Positions 23,199 through 36,700 of a stretch of DNA of 64,000 nucleotides are shown one piece after another. The notes under the pieces are model-generated. The model was not told where the DNA came from, searched no databases, and saw only the letters and a list, made by a program, of their open reading frames with translations. The stretch is from positions 2,883,161-2,947,160 of the forward strand of contig CAJINV010000005.1 of NCBI GenBank assembly GCA_905178155.1. Reading direction: 5' to 3'. Position 1 is the stretch's first letter. Every line of letters starts with the position of its first letter. This DNA comes from Amoebophrya sp. A120. Its lineage: Eukaryota; Protista; Dinoflagellata. Made by a program: the position numbers and the translations under genes.

Positions 23199-24904
23199 CT
23201 CTTCTTCCATGTATGGCTACACACATGAGTCATTATCAGGGGGAGGAGAGGGAGGAGAGGGTATGACTACACACATGCAGAGGGAGGAGAGGGGGGGGCG
23301 TGCCACACCACACCGTGGCGGAGGAACACGCCGGTGCCACGGGTGGCACGAGGAGTGAACAGGGGGCGCTGCGCGCGCCCCCCGGGAGGACGTCAGGATC
23401 GCAGGCGCGCGAGCGGTGCGCAGGATCCACGACGCCACCCGCGCCGCACGTTGATGTGCGGGCGGGAGGCCCGTAGCGCCCGACCTTCACCTACGAGGTC
23501 GCACGACGCACGGGCCTATGCACTCACACAACCCTATCTGGACCAGACGGGGAGGTGCAAGGCGGCGGGGGCGCAGCAGCTGCCAGAGCAGCGCCCCCTA
23601 GGCATGAAGTGTGAGTGCCGACACCGACGCGTGCGCAGGTTATCTTGCCTGCGCACCGGAGGAGCATAACACACGGCCTGCGGTGTCCAACCGCACGCTG
23701 CACGGTCCCACACGGGGAGCTGGCAGCGTAAGAAAGCGTGCTGCAGAGGCAAGCACTGGGTGCGAAGGGGTGCTTTCGCACCACCAACGCGTGTCGTGAG
23801 GGACACATTGTCGCAACGACGCGACGGTGCTGCGTGAGGTGCAGCGCTGCGTGAGGTGCAGCGTGGCGCGAAGACGCAGCCACAGTGCCGACGGGCACAG
23901 GTTCATCGCAGATGAACCGATGGTGTACCAAGAGGTGGTAACTTTGTCATACAGGACAAGAGAAGTTGACCTCTCCCCCGAGGTGGGACGGTCGTTTTGT
24001 ACCCGAGACCCACCCCCAGTCGCACAGCGAAAGGAAGCAGGGTCGAGCACAAACGACCGGTGGCGAAGGCCACGAAGAGGCGGTGACAGGTAGCCAGACA
24101 GGCAGCTGTCGCCGCGTGAGGGTCGAAACCGACACGACAACGAGTGCGGCTGAGCCACACAGTATGTCCAACCAATTCGTCGAGACCGCTAGCGCGCGTA
24201 AACATCCATCAGACCAAACAGCATGGGCGGCACCTCAGTCTAGTTACCCAAACAGCTTGGGCCCACCACCCTCCCTCCGCACCCCCCGGACAACTATGGC
24301 TCCCCACGCGCTGGCCCGCACGCAATCTGTTCCGCTCCCGCCTTCCCTCGCGCGCAGCCAGCCCCCAAGACAGAAACGGCGGACGGTGGCGCCCTCCTCC
24401 AGCCCCCCCGCGAACAGGGGGGGGGGCGTCGGGGGAGGGTGGTGGGCAGCTGCCCGCCTCCCCGCCTGGTGTTAGTTGGGGCGCGGTGGGTCTGCCCCGT
24501 GGGCCGATGCTTCCCGGCTTCTTTCCCCTTGCCCCGCGCCCGCTTTCCCCGTGCCCCCCGCTTTCCCCGTGCCCCCCGCCTTCCCCGTGCTTCCCGCCTT
24601 CCCCGTGCTTTCCATCCGCTTCCCCCGTGCTTCCCGCTTTCCCCGAGCTTCCCGCTTTCCCCGTGCCCCCCGCGTTCCCCGTGCTTTCCATCCGCTTTCC
24701 CCGTGCTTCCCGCTTTCCCCGAGCTTCCCGCTTTCCCCGTGCTTCCCGCTTTCCCCGTGCTTCCCGCTTTCCCCGTGCTTCCCGCCTTCCCCGTGCTTTC
24801 CATCCGCTTTCCCCGTGCTTCCCGCTTTCCCCGAGCTTCCCGCTTTCCCCGTGCCCCCCGCGTTCCCCTCTTCTTCCATGTATGACTACACACGTGAGTC
24901 ATTA
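23199..24904. mobile_element. GC-rich 1.7-kb insertion bounded by a 37-bp direct repeat
   Basis: CTCTTCTTCCATGTATG(G/A)CTACACAC(A/G)TGAGTCATTA at 23199-23235 and 24868-24904; abrupt GC rise between them. Confidence 0.6.
24521..24867. repeat. 18-bp minisatellite (CCCGCTTTCCCCGTGCTT variants)
   Basis: About 19 tandem variant units read directly. Confidence 0.95.
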
Positions 24905-25859
24905 CCGCTTCAAGAGGGAAAAGAACTGGAAATGGAAACAATTGCCTTTCACTATAGCTACCCCGTTGCTTGGGTCGACGTATTTGGTTACACGAAACAG
25001 AGGAAGAAGCTGCATGCCGTTCTTTCAGCAGAAAATGTGCTGCTTAAAAAAATTTCCGCTATACAAGGCCGAAAAAATCAAGAGAAGCGTGCTGAACGGA
25101 GCTCCTTTTTCGGAAAATTGCAACGGTACACTTGTGGAAAATTTGAGTGTGGAAAATCAGTTCAAAATCATGTAAAAGCGCGCAAATCATGGAATTGAAG
25201 ACTCTGTTACAAGGCGGAAAATGGAAAAAAATATATTACACGGGGGTATAGCCGGGCTCTTTTCCTTTTACACTGTGTTTTCGAAGTATGTCATGCTTTG
25301 ACCATCAAAGACCAGATCTCGATGAAAGGAGCAGTAAACAGCATCATTTGACTTTTTTTTGGCTTTTTGGAAGGACTCTGACTTTGTTGACCGAGTTGCT
25401 CGTCTTTATCTTTTCATAGAAGAGCGGAAAAAAAAAACCGATTGTCCAGAAGTAGCACGACTAGCAGTATTGAGGAAACGGTTTGCCAAAAATCGAAAAC
25501 GGCATGATTATCGAGATCGCGAGAAAGTAGCAAAGTGCGATACTTTTTCTGTCTGCTCGACAAATTCTCAGAAGGATCGAACAAAACGTGTTTTGAACAC
25601 TGAATTGTATCCAATCGATGAGTTTTAAAGCTTGTGCTGGAGCATCAACTGGTAGTAATGGCTGTTCCACCACATCAGCACCATGTGGCGATGAAGTGTG
25701 CTGATGAATGAACCGGAATTCGTCTACATTCATATTTGTGTCGCTTGTCTTTGCATGCTGTGCATATAAACTATTATTTCGCAGTTCACATTGTGCAGTC
25801 GCAGTCCTCGCTGTTCATATGTACACAAGTCGCTGTTTTTTGGTACTATACTAGCAAAA

Positions 25860-27936
25860 TCAAAACCTTCCCGCAAAGAGTTCGCCGTAGTGTAAATTCA
25901 AGGCTTGCTGCTTTTGCTCGAAATATGCCTCGTACTCGGCATCCGTCATCTTGCCCTCATGCTCTGCCGTGACGTACCGCAAGGCGATCTTCTTCGAAAA
26001 GTTATGGATTGCAAAAATGTCTGGGTCTGGAAACTTGTGATGCAAGTCCGTGAACAATACATGCTCTGTAATGCGCCGCCAAGCATGACAATTTTTCTCG
26101 TGCTTTTGTGATGCGTATTTCGCATGAGAAAGTGCACTTTTCCATGACAGGCAAGAGAACCTCTTGGTGGCCACGCAATACAGAGCGCAGAGTCATGCCA
26201 GACTAGCATGACAAATCTCGCAATCTTCCAGACCCAGACATAATTTGCATCGGATAAAAGTTCTCATACGACAAAACCTTCTCGTCCAACAATTCTTTGA
26301 TCCGTCTTGTCCGCTCCTCTTCACCTCCAGCGGTTGATGAGCTTGTGCTTTTGTTACCTCCTGCTCCATTCGCGGCAATTTTTCTCGCTCGCAAGAGTCG
26401 CGCTCGGTTTCTCTCTCGCATGGCCATGTCTAGGGGCGGAAGGTGCGAGAAAGGATCAAGAAAATCGTCCTCAGGGAGGTTGTAGCCCCGTGTCGGTTTC
26501 TGCTGGTTCAATCGTTGTCGCTTCGCGTTGCTATCTGCTGCTAGCCCTAAGAATTCATCGTCGTCGAAACCATCTTCAAAGCTCCTTCGTCGTCTATTTG
26601 CACCACCCGCCGAATAATTACTCGTCCCGCTGCTTGTCGCCGCCCCGGTCTGAAGAAAAAACGGCACCGATCGGTCGACCTCCACAATCTCCAATTGGTC
26701 ACCTCTACCCGACGAGCTCAGCGCCGACGTCATGGACAACACGTTCGCATCCTGCGAGGTGGTTGTATTGAGGCTTTTGTCTTTATTCCGAAACAGATTC
26801 GGATCGCGGCGGGGGAGGTAGGGCAACGTGATCCCGCGGAGACTTTCGCAGTACTGCTTGAAAAGGCCGCCGCAGTAGGTGTGGAAGACGGAAAGTTTGG
26901 ATTGTCGTGGCCGTCGTGGTGTCGAACGAGCGCCTGCATTTAATACTGTGGCTGCACTCGTCCCTGCCTGGCCAGTCGATGTCACGCTAGCCGCTTTTTG
27001 CTGTTGCAACTGCCGCTCCAAATCACTCCGATTCAGAATGATTTCGTTATTTTTCTCGTCAAAGCTGGATTTTACCGCGGCTTTGCTAAAAACCAGCTCG
27101 TGTTTGCCGCACTGCGGGCAGATGTATTTCGTCCCGTCTTTTGAAATGTACTTGATCACATCCAACTCCCCGTATTCTCTCGTGCAAGTCCCAGCGCACC
27201 GGTACGCAGCTCTTGCTGCTGGTGCTGCTGCTGTTCCTCGTTGTACAGGCACCACACTTGCTGCCGTCATTGTCGCAAGATGTGGTCCACCTCTAGTGCC
27301 GCCCGCGGGTCCTCTGGAGGACGGGTTCGGGTTCAAATTCAATCGCACCTTGCTCTTTTTTCTTGGCACTTTCGCCAGAAGCGTCTTGTATTGCACCTGC
27401 AACCTTTTTGTTTGCTGGAATTGATACTCATCTTGTTCCTGCTGCGAATTATCTGCAAGCGCGTTCTGGTTCTCTTCCTCCTCTGCCAGTAACACCTCGA
27501 CCATGCTGCACAGCGCGTCCCCGAAAAAGTGCCCAATCTGGGGCGCGAACCTGATAAAGCACTGGCTCATGGCGGACGTTTTATTGTTTATTTCCACCGC
27601 TGTTGAACTAGCACTACTGCTGTCGACAGTAGTTGTACCCCGGCGCCCTCCGTGTTGGTTGTGCGCCCCGGATCCCGGACCGGCGAGCTCCTCTTCCACT
27701 ACCCCCGGCGGAAACTGGCGGAGCTTGGCCCGGAGGAGCTTTTGGGGAACTTTAAGACTTTCCACCAACACATCTTCCCGAACCGCGTGCTCCTTTGTGA
27801 GCAGGAGGCGCAAAATTGAAATCGCGAGGACATCCTCTAGCAGAATCTCTGCGGCTTGCAGGGAAAAATGCACGACGGCTTGCTGGTTTTTCGAAAGACT
27901 CGAATTAGAAGTCGCGAATATACTGCGAGGGGCCAT
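25860..27936 (-). CDS. GTF2E1: General transcription factor IIE alpha subunit
   Basis: Winged-helix-like VREDVLVESLKVPQKLLRAKLRQF; zinc ribbon YRCAGTC...YICPQCG; after removing element 26003-26256 the C-terminus reads YENF-SKKIALRYVTAEHEGKMTDAEYEAYF (TFIIE-alpha C-terminal-like). Confidence 0.75.
26003..26256. mobile_element. Introner-type element, family A, TSD AAAGT
   Basis: TIRs and perfect TSD; in-frame restoration of TFIIE-alpha. Confidence 0.92.
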
Positions 27937-28657
27937 TTTGATGATAAATCTTGGAACTAGGAGATGATGAAAATGTGCGAACTAGATACTAGATAAAGGC
28001 ACGATCGGATGAACTACCTTAACGCAAACAGCACGCCTAGCCGGTGGCACTGCGTCATCGATAGATATGCTACGTGATCAAACAAATTTTTTAATTTTAT
28101 TTGGTGTAGAAGCTGTTATACGGAAATGCCGCTGTGCGAATTCTTGCGATAAGCGTAGGGGCACAATCCGTGCTTCGGGCAACACCGGAGGAATGAAAAA
28201 AGGCACAACAATCCGCGCGCAGCCATTCAGATTTATTCTTGGCCGTGTTTCATCTTCAAGTAAGAAAGCAGTGGCTTCTTCATCTTTACACGATAGACAT
28301 GATAAATCAAGCGTGCATTTGTCCAGCGTGCTTTCGACATCAGAAAAGTAGGCATGATTCTCTTCGCAAAATACTTGTTTCAAAACACCGAACAACAGCC
28401 TCAGCACGACATTCTGCAGTATCGGGGCTGAAGAGCCCGCTATTATCCCCGGCTTTTTTAAAATCGTAAAGTTCAAGCTTTCTTCATGACAAAGTTGCAA
28501 GATAGATTGGTTATGGTAGATGTAGAACGTGTTCTGTATTCTCGAATGATTTCTTTTTCTTCGCACAAAATGAACAATAAAATGTAGATGTTGCATCATG
28601 TTGAAAACCACGGCTAGTTGTACAAAACAAGTAGAACTACAAGAACCACCAGAAGTG

Positions 28658-31600
28658 CTATTTCCGTCTGTTTCCCTTTCCTTGCTTCCCATTTCCCCGC
28701 CTCAGCATCGTGCCACTTCTGTTGTTGTTTCCTTGCGGTTGTCCTTCCGGTTGATGCAGTGCTGTCATTTCGACCTGCCCCGGCGCGCCGGCCAAGGTTG
28801 ATGTAGATTCGGAGACACGTGGCACAGCATCAGCTCCGGAGTCTCCTTTAGCTGAACAAGCTCCTGCCCCCTCCCGCTCCTTCCGCTCCAGCTCCGCTAA
28901 CTCCCGCTCCTCCGGAAACTGGAAAATCATGCACAGGAAACTGTTGATCAAGTGGAGCCCGAGTGTCCAGGTGCTCACCGCCGTCCTGCAGTTCCTCGTC
29001 TCCTTCGCGGCCAGAAGATACTGTAATTCCTCGTCGGACTCCGCCTTCGCGATCATTTTGTCGTTCTCTAACCTCTCCAGTAGTTCGTAGTGTAAGTACC
29101 CGAGGGTCCACGTCCCCAGAATCCAGGACAAGTACCCACAGAGCGGCATGCCGCGCTTCGTCATGCCCCAGGCGTGCAGTTGTAATCCGATCATGGCGGG
29201 CATGTTGCAAATCAAGGCCGCCACCGGGACGCCGTTGATGAATCCCAGCTGGTCCGCCACACTGTTGACAAACACGCTCGTCGCCGCGAGCAAAAAGATG
29301 TAGTTGTTCAGAGCCACCACCCTGTCCCGCGACTCCGGCGTAAACCGGGCCATCCCGGAACCGGCCTCGTCGCAGCACAGCCGGAAGTAGGCCACGGGCT
29401 CGCACACCATCAGCAGAAAGTCCTCCTTCACCCCGCAGAGCTCCGCGTTCGCTCGCTGGAGAAACTCGGACAGCTTAATATTTTTGGGCCACCGGCGGGA
29501 GGACAGCTCATTTTCCAACTCTTGTGCTTCCCTTTCCGCCCGCTTGATCTCTTCGTCCAAAAAGGCGGAGTCGGCATCGCGTAGTTGTTCTGCACACTGC
29601 TTGCTGGGGGCACCTTTGATGATATTGATACAACTCCCCGCTGATTTAATATTCTGCATCATTTTAGCGCCACCTGCACCAACTCCAGAAGAAGTAGACT
29701 CTCCTGAAACCTTACGGCAGTAAGTTTGGGGCTGCCCTTTGTTCTGGAGGTGCTGTTCCAAAGAAACCGGCTGCTTTAATGTTTTAGCGGTGCTTTTATT
29801 CTTCGCGCTATCTTCTACAAGAGCCGCTTCATCGAGATCCATCGGCTGCGACTGCTCGGGAGAAGAAAGACAGGGGGCACTACTGTGCTTCTCACCCGCA
29901 GCGCCTTCCTCTCTTTGATCCGATGGCGTGGCCTGCATTCTGTCACCTAGGACATGAGCGGCGGCAAGGCTATGGCTAGTTGTATTGTCGCACCCCTTGT
30001 TCCTGTCTTTCTTATTTCTTCTCGGCGAACAGTTATCGCCTTGCTTCTTGCTGCTTGGACTTCTCACGTCGGATGAAGGCTCCTTGCCCATCGGCCCTGG
30101 GCAATCATCGCGTATGGCCAGCGCCGCGAGGCTCTTCTGCAGCTCTTGCACGGTTGTAGTTGGATCTGCTTGTCCTTGCGTTTCATCCACTGTTGAAGGA
30201 ACGGCATCTTGTTTCAACTCCAAGTCCATTTTTGCACTACGTAAGTCGATATTTTTATTCGCTTTGACAAGAGATTCTGGAGAGCAGGGGGCTTTTCTGT
30301 CTTCCATTAGTTCTCCGGAACCGGAACTAAACTTCCTCCGGTGCCCCCACGGACTGGGACTCATGGACGGTGAGTCCCGACGAGAGCAGCTGGAGGATTG
30401 CAGCCCGGGATGACCAACAAGATCGACCTCCACACTGGCGACCGAGGAGCCACTGGAATGCGTGGCTGCCGTAGTGGACGCGGGACTTACAGTGTCCTCG
30501 TGAAGTAGGTCTTTAGCAACCGGTGAGGGTGTTGACGAAGTGGCAGAAGTTTTCGTCATAAAACTCGTCCCGCCGAATAAAATCGACGGTGACAACATCT
30601 TCCCAGCAGAGGTCTTGCTAAGTTTCTCCGCCTGAGTGGCGATTTTTTGAAAAGCATCCTCCACACACTCCGCTATTCTCTGTTCCTCCTGCAGTCGGCC
30701 ATCCACATCCATTTTGCTTGTTTTCCTGTTATTTCTTCCGGAGGACTTCTTGTTCAACAGCGACGAGGACCCCTTTGTTCTTTTGTCCTGAAGAAGATGA
30801 ACACGCTCATCATCAACATCCTCGTCGTCTTTCGCACCAACCGCTGTCTCCGTAGTCGGTCCTAAATTCCTGCACAAATCCTGCACAATTTGCCGCTTCG
30901 CATCCTCAAAGAACGACCGGAGGAGAAGCGCGTTGCTCGCATCGCCGTCGTCAATCGGATGATCAAGCCGATTGTTAGTCCCCTGCGCGCCGTTTTGGTC
31001 TTCAACTACAACCGGCCCTGATTCTGATAGTTCTGGTTGTACCTCTGTTAACACCACACTGCGGTCCTCTTTTCTCGCACCAGTGGTGCCTTTCATTTTT
31101 TCGACCGAGTGTTGGTCAGAAGGCTCCGCAGGACGAGCCTGCGTTTTCATCCTCTCATCCTCCTTTTCCCTTTTCAGCGCCTCGTTTTGCCGTGCCAACG
31201 CGGACACCTGGCCCTTCAAACCCTTCACCTGGTGCGCCAGCTCCTGCGTCGCTTTTTGCCGCGCGACATTGGCTTCGTTCTTCAACTCTCGGAGCGCAAG
31301 CGCAGCCTTCGCTTCATTCAAAATGAGTTGCGTCTTCTGCTTTTCAAATTCTTCTTCCACAATTTTATGACGCTCGCAAACTTCCTCCCATCCTGTGGAA
31401 AAACGTCCCCAACGCAACCGCCCAAGAGTTGTCCGGATGGGAATTCTGCTTTATACTTTACTTAACTCAACAGGTTTTGGCTTCTGCGCATGGCAACCTT
31501 TTGGGCTCGTAGTGCAGTCGTGGTTAGCTCGTGCAGTCACGTATTGGTATTTGCAAATAGACCATCGTACTATCGTGATTGTAGAGAAATCGCTCAGACA

Positions 31601-33269
31601 GCACTAGAAAATGCTGCTCATCAGGAAAAACATTTATATTAGGCATCTGCGGATTCCCATGCAAACTCTGAGTACTAGGCGCACACGTTTTCACACAGGA
31701 TACCCCCACTGCCGTTTTCACTGCTGCCTGCTCAACCTTTTTCTGCATGTCCCACTGCGCTTTCGATGACTCACTGAGCCGGGCGAGATGCTGTCTCATC
31801 TCCTCATACGCAGCTTGCAACTGGTGAAATTTCTCCTCATAGGACTGTCCGTCTTTGTTCGCCTTTGTCCCTTGGCGATCCGGCTTAGTAGTCTTGCCGC
31901 TAGTTGCTGAGCCAGCACTTGTGTTAAATTGCGTGTGGTAAGACATGAACACATCTGGCGTGGCCTCGAGCCAGGGCTGCATATAATCCGGCTGCTGTCC
32001 GATACCATCCAATCCGCCTTGTGCTACTGAATTTTCGTTATGCTGCTGTTGATGCTGCTGTTGCCAGGTAGAAGAGGAAGAGGACGCACCACTTGAATTG
32101 CCTTCGGTCTCGAATTTACCAACTAACCCCTGAACAAGATGTTCCTGCTGGTGCATCAGCGGATCCAGAAACGGCCCGTAAACAATTACGGGACCACACA
32201 TCATGTCATGCTGCTGGACGACGTTTAGAGGGCTATCACAGCTTTGCTGTTGTCCTGGATCCGCTCCTGCTCCTTGAAGGGGAGAAAACCCCGCCGGGAA
32301 GCTGCAACTACTACCGGCAGCGCAAGCACCCGACGGGCCGCCCAACATGGGCATGGGCCAGAATGACCCGGGTGGAGCTATCGGCGGAACATGTGAAGAA
32401 GACGTTGCAGCTGCGGCATGAAGATCTAAACCGCTCCGGCTCTCAGCGGCAACCGCGGTTGTGAGGTGGGTATTGATGGCGTCATGACCTTGATTTCCCA
32501 CGGCAGCACCGGCTCGGAGTTTCTGCAGTTCCAGCTCCTGGGACAACAGTCTGTGGTTCATTTCCCCTAGTCGCCGCAACAGCTCGTATTGCTGTTGATT
32601 TCCGGATATCTTATCCTCGTTCCATCGATCCAACATCATGCTGTCGGTTAGGTCAGGACTGACAGGACCGCATGCAGGTGCAGCAGCTGGAACGTCTGCC
32701 TCATGCCGTTGTTCCCCGCACGATGGTGGTAGCGGGCCGCAGGCAGATGTACTTGACATCGCTGTTGAGGAAGCGGCAACCCGCTCCTGCACGACAGAAG
32801 TCGTCTCCTCTCGCAATGTTGGCCCCTCTGCAGTTCTTGTATCAACAGCTTCCTCGCCTGCATCGGGTGGAGATCGTCGTGAAGTAGATGTTGATAACTT
32901 CTTCTGATGAGCATTGTGATGAAGAAGCAAAGTAAACTCATCTCTCTCCACAACGTCAACGCCCACAGTGGAACCCGGTGAACTCGAACGGCTTCGGGGG
33001 CTACTGACCCGACTAGCACGAGCTGCTGTGGCAGATGCGAGGAGCGAGAGATCGCCTCTGTCGGTGTGCTCCGTCTCAACATCCAGGTCGTCCTCGGATG
33101 GCAGAGCCTCCAGGTCGTCCCGTAGGTCCGCAGGGAGAGGGGCATCGTGGGCCCCCAAAGACTGTGATCCCTGCCCCCTGCCAACCGCTGCAGCACGGAC
33201 GGCACTGCAGAGCTGCGGAAGGAGGGAAAGGAGAAACAAAGAGCAGAACTCTCGTAGTATGGGCCCCAT
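28658..33269 (-). CDS. Large hypothetical protein: signal peptide, coiled coils, several C-terminal TM segments (two exons)
   Basis: MGPILREFCSLFLLSLLPQLCSA signal-like start; ORFs 31524-33356 and 28658-31417 join (TAVG-EVCERH) via intron 31385-31703; hydrophobic helices at ~28920-29310. Confidence 0.7.
31389..31702. mobile_element. Introner-type element, family D-like, forming GT-AG intron 31385-31703
   Basis: CATCCTGTGGAAAAACGT / TATCCTGTGTGAAAACGT TIRs; TSD CCTCC/CCCCC (4/5). Confidence 0.8.
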
Positions 33270-33749
33270 TATGTTGTATGATGGTAGCTTTCTGCTTATG
33301 CTTTCCTTACGTTTTATATGCCCAAAGAATTTCTTCCGAATGAAGATCCGGTGCAAAGTAATCCCTTAAAAAATATCGACCTGTAAGAGGGGACACGGAA
33401 GAAGTACTTAGGCAGCTTCTCGGCTCGCGACTTGGACTACATCATATTAATTCGATCTGCGACCACATTGAGAGCTCGTTGTACGTAGTCGCCTTTCTGG
33501 TCTGCTCGCTGAAGAAGAAGATCCACTTGTTAGTTCAATTCGCAGTTGTTAAAAAGGTATGAGACCGTCTTTGCACCTCGGATTGACTTGACGCTGTGGC
33601 CTTAGTCCGCTGCTGCTGAATGCTGAAACGGAAACACCTGAGTGAAGAGCTACTACACTTTGGATCCAGGAAGAGGAACTAGAAAAACAATTGCGATCAT
33701 CCAATAAATAAAAGCCTGTGGTCACAAAAATGCAACTCCACCTGGGAGG

Positions 33750-36700
33750 CCATCACTTGCAGTAAATGTAAAAGAGGAGAAGGGAGCCGGTTGCGAGTCG
33801 TTGTTGAATGAAGGAATGCAAGACCTCAACCCGCGGCCTACGAGAACGACTTTTCGTTTTGAGGCGGGAACAGGAAAGCGTAAGAACTGGCACTCGTGCA
33901 ACTGATTCTAGACACGAGCGCACCTCAACCGACGGAGCATCGCGGACAATACAAATCAGAGAGGGACAAGGCCTTGCAAAACAAAAAAGCGGCGCGCAGC
34001 GAGCGCGCTTGCTTTCGGGCGTAAAACAGCGGGGCGCCTGCCTCCGGGAAGCGCGGGCCCCATCTGGGTTTTTTACGCCGCATGGGCTTGGGCCCGGTAG
34101 GAAGCCGAAGGCGCGGGCGCCCTGGCGAAACGCAGACGCAGGCGCCGCCGGCCTCGATGGGGCTGAGCACCCCCCACCAGCCGGCAGGCGCCTCGCACTG
34201 CTAGTGAGCAACGAACGCCACCCGCCGGCGTCTAGCCGGCGGGCCACATTTTCAGGGGGTCGAGACTGCCTCGGGCGGGTGGGTGCGACTCGCAGCAATA
34301 GCCCGGCCCCACGACCCGGGAGGGGGCCGGAGCGTGGTCCACCTCTTCTGGGGCCACGGCACTTCGCCCCCCGGCGCTTGCCGCCGCGGCACTGGTCGGC
34401 GCCCAAAAAGGCCCGGCGCCCCGGACTCAACGAACCGGGGGCGGCTGCCCCTGCGCCCTCGGGTATACGCGGGGGGCCTGGAGCATCTTCCTTCGCCGGA
34501 TTTTGCCCCTAACGCTTTTGGGCCGAAAAATCCACTTTTTTTCTGAAATTTTTTAAAATTTCCGAGAAGGGTAGCGGGGTGGCTCTTGGGCCGGGGGCGG
34601 GTTGGGGCCCGTCCTGCAGGCTGCACAGGAAGGCTGGCGGGATTTGGGTCGCTGCCTTCGGTGCTTCGCAATGGGATGAAGCAAAACACAAAGGCGCCAC
34701 GCCGCACGGGCTCGGAATGCCTCAGGAGCGCGCGGGAGGCGGCGCGCAGGCATGATGGACGTGGCTGCTCGACAACGCGGGCGCTCGGATGCGTTCGAAT
34801 TGAAGTGAAGAATTTCCTTTGCGTGTGGCCAAGAAAAATTTCAAAAAAGTTTCGATCTGCCCACAAAAAATTTGAATTTGGCCGGATAAAATTTCAAGAG
34901 GTGCGAAAAATGGCCAAAAAAAATTTCGGAAAATCGGCCACATTAGCAAAATCCCATTGGTTTTTGCAAATTGGCCACTTTCTAGAATTTTTTTCAAATT
35001 TTTTTTGCGCGCCTCTTGATTTTTCCCAGATTTTTTTCAAATTTCTTCTGCGATTTTTCCTGGCCAAACCCAAAGAGAAATCTTCTGCGGCGGCAATGCG
35101 CCACGAGGGCGCCTCTGCTCCCCGACAGAAGAAGGCGCAACCCCGCACGGATTTGCCGCTCTGGGTTCTCATCACCAGCAGCGGAGGCCAAGAGATGTGG
35201 ACCACCCAAGCGGGCAAGTATGCGACACCTGCGCCCGGCCCTCCTCTGACAAACAGGGGCGAGAACAGACTCGGGAAATGCCTCACATAAGCCAGACCGT
35301 CGGGGAAGCAAAAAAATTCAAAAAATTTTTTTTGGCTTTTTTTTGGCTTTTGTTTTTGCGCTATGTGGATTTTCCGAAATTTTTTGCGTTAGGGTGGAAA
35401 TCCTGCGAATCTTCCGGCGGCACGTATTGCCGGCATGAACTGGCGGCAGCGCCCCGCGGGCAGCCGCCGCCCGTGTTCCCGCCGATGCTTCTCGCAGCGA
35501 CGGCGTGGCCCGGGAACTCCAAGAAGGCGCGCGTCCGATGCGGCGCAACCCGGCCGAAGCGCCGGAGCACGGCGGGCGCCCCACCGACCAGGCAGGGCGC
35601 CGCGGCATTGGAGGCAAGCGCCCCCCTGAGAATGAAAGCCTGGCGCGGCTGCGGCAAACTATAGCGCACACCACGTCGCCAACTCCTTCAGACCCTTGCG
35701 ACGCAAGGGTTTGTCGGCATTTTTAGGGCCCGCCGCGGTCGCCAAGGTATACAGACCCGCCGCGCGATCTTCGAGAGTACGCCTGTGCTCGTCGGGCGGC
35801 AATTTCGGCAACAGCGTCAGCATCTCCAACACCACTCTGAAACCCGCATCCGAGTCCGACTGAACTCTGCCGGCGCCCGCCCTGCCCGAGCCATAGACCA
35901 CCTCCGCAATGCCGCGCGGCGCGACAAAGCCCATCGATGTCGTCTAGTATAGGCAGTCAATGCCAGCGCTGGATGGGGGCCCTCAACATCTCCGGGGGCC
36001 GGCATACTGCCACGGCGGAAAGGCTGCGGCCGGGCAGAAGGCTCGCCGCCTTGTCATATGCCAACAGTAGCGCAATGCCCACCCAGCCCGGCGGCCCTTG
36101 TTTTCTTCTGCCAAGTGCCCGGCCTCCACAAAGGTCGCGCGGCCGGCCGGCGTCCAAGTGTGCGCGCCCACCGCTCAGGGAAGGCGCCCCAACACCCTGA
36201 ACCTACTCGGCAGCCCCCTGCCGATCCTGCCCAGCAATGCAACGAGCGGGGTGGCGTCGCCGCGCAATGGCGGAAGGGCGCAGGCGACGACTCTGTAGCT
36301 GTGACTCCACAGGAACCCCGCGCGCGGGTAGGGGGCACCGCGAAGAACACTCGTGGCAAGCCCCACGCCTGCGACTTGGAAGCGGCCGCGCTAGAGAAAT
36401 GGCAGCGATCGCTGTAGCAGCGCACCGCGTCCAGGATCGCAGCGGAGAAAAACGCCGCCCGTAGCATGGCAAACATCGGCCGCCACCCCCGTAAGCGAAG
36501 CCGCAGCGGCCGAATTTGCCACCTGTTTCATGAAGATGGCGCACAGTCCGGCAGCTGCCGCACGTTGGTAAATACCCCGCGCAAGCGGGCCCGAAACTCG
36601 CACGGGTTCGCCTGCTCCGCCTTCTCGCTTTTCTTCCGCGCGCCCCAGGTGCCCCCGTGGCCGCCTCTTCTTTCCACGCGGGCAGCGTGGCAAGTCCGCC

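Noticed and set aside
24144-25198. Long ORFs in all frames (GKAGST, GKHGES, FPRASR repeats)
   Set aside because: Explained by a stop-free 18-bp minisatellite.
28078-28692. 204-aa minus-strand ORF between TFIIE-alpha and the upstream gene
   Set aside because: No recognisable motif and it overlaps the end of the upstream gene; may be real but cannot be supported.
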